In this document: positions 63,490 through 64,000 of the stretch, piece by piece | How the letters are laid out: the number at the start of each line of letters is the position of its first letter | Numbering within the stretch: position 1 is the first letter of the stretch | Source of the DNA: Phyllobates terribilis | Taxonomy: Eukaryota | NCBI RefSeq assembly: GCF_046119375.1 | Contig: NW_027362762.1 | Coordinates: forward strand, 391,530,001 to 391,594,000 | Length of the DNA stretch: 64,000 nucleotides | Reading direction: 5' to 3' | Made by a program: the position numbers and the translations under genes | Notes under the pieces: model-generated | Databases searched by the model: none | Told to the model about the DNA's origin: nothing | Seen by the model: the letters and a program-made list of their open reading frames with translations, nothing else

Positions 63490-64000
63490 CAATACCTTAG
63501 GACTGTGGGCGCTAACCAGGTCCCTAGAACTAGGGGTGCTGTGGTCTATCCCTGTCCTCCAAATTACTCCAGAAGGTGGAGACGCAGGGTTCACGTGCCT
63601 CACTAAACTCCTAATTAACCCTTATCTTTCCCCTCCCCACACCTCCAGGGAGGTGGGAAGCTGAAGTGTATAGGAATACAATAAACAGACAAAGGAAGAT
63701 GGCCTGGAATAAGTGAAAATAATAATCAGACAAAATACACTCAAACAACAGAGTGGAACACAGGGGAGTTAAAGGAAGGAGAAACCAAATAGGAGAGTGA
63801 GGGGATGCACCCACAAACAAAACTCCAAGCAACAATCTCCTGAACAAATCTCCAAACGCCAACTCCAACAACAAACTATACCTCCAACTGCACACCAGGC
63901 AGTAAGAACTAACACTGTCAATTCCTAAGTGCCAGACGTGAGCATATATAGCAGAGGAGAGTGGCCAACACTGAACAGCTGAGACAGTTCAGATAGGAAA
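63490..64000. mobile_element. Possible LTR-retrotransposon terminal region, continuing past the window end
   Basis: Abrupt compositional change to A/C-rich sequence with GAGCATATATAGC...CAGCTG, which resembles frog Gypsy LTRs from memory only; no coding support. Confidence 0.3.

Noticed and set aside
53781-64000. A second LYG paralog
   Set aside because: No lysozyme-like exons seen; the region is almost entirely nested transposons, and a paralog could lie beyond the window.

Overview
Vertebrate (very likely frog) genomic DNA, not prokaryotic; the taxon is inferred from the repeat families and gene order. Three host genes are readable by splicing. (1) EIF5B coding exon 1 on the minus strand (MGKKQKTKAEE, 35 nt). 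(2) The complete TXNDC9 gene on the plus strand, head-to-head with EIF5B across a CpG-rich bidirectional promoter (4 coding exons, 222 aa). (3) A complete goose-type lysozyme (LYG) gene on the plus strand (5 coding exons between 36026 and 53780, 194 aa). It has no signal peptide, an 8-aa insertion after the catalytic region, and a putative ISRE/CCAAT/TATA promoter near 26.3 kb. This order matches the human EIF5B-TXNDC9-LYG synteny. The rest is dominated by transposons: several Tc1 families including a DD38E element with a full-length ORF, piggyBac-like TTAA elements (one carrying a telomere-like array), a hAT-type element with a perfect 8-bp TSD, many fold-back MITEs, a young 5'-truncated CR1 LINE and minisatellites, nested up to four levels deep. 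The most unusual signal is a fold-back in LYG intron 2 whose two arms each look like a CpG-decayed hammerhead ribozyme. I found no rRNA, tRNA or CRISPR array, and no new multi-gene system that I can demonstrate. Most short ORFs in the supplied track are repeat artefacts. Coordinates were counted by hand; TE boundaries marked approximate may be off by tens of bases.
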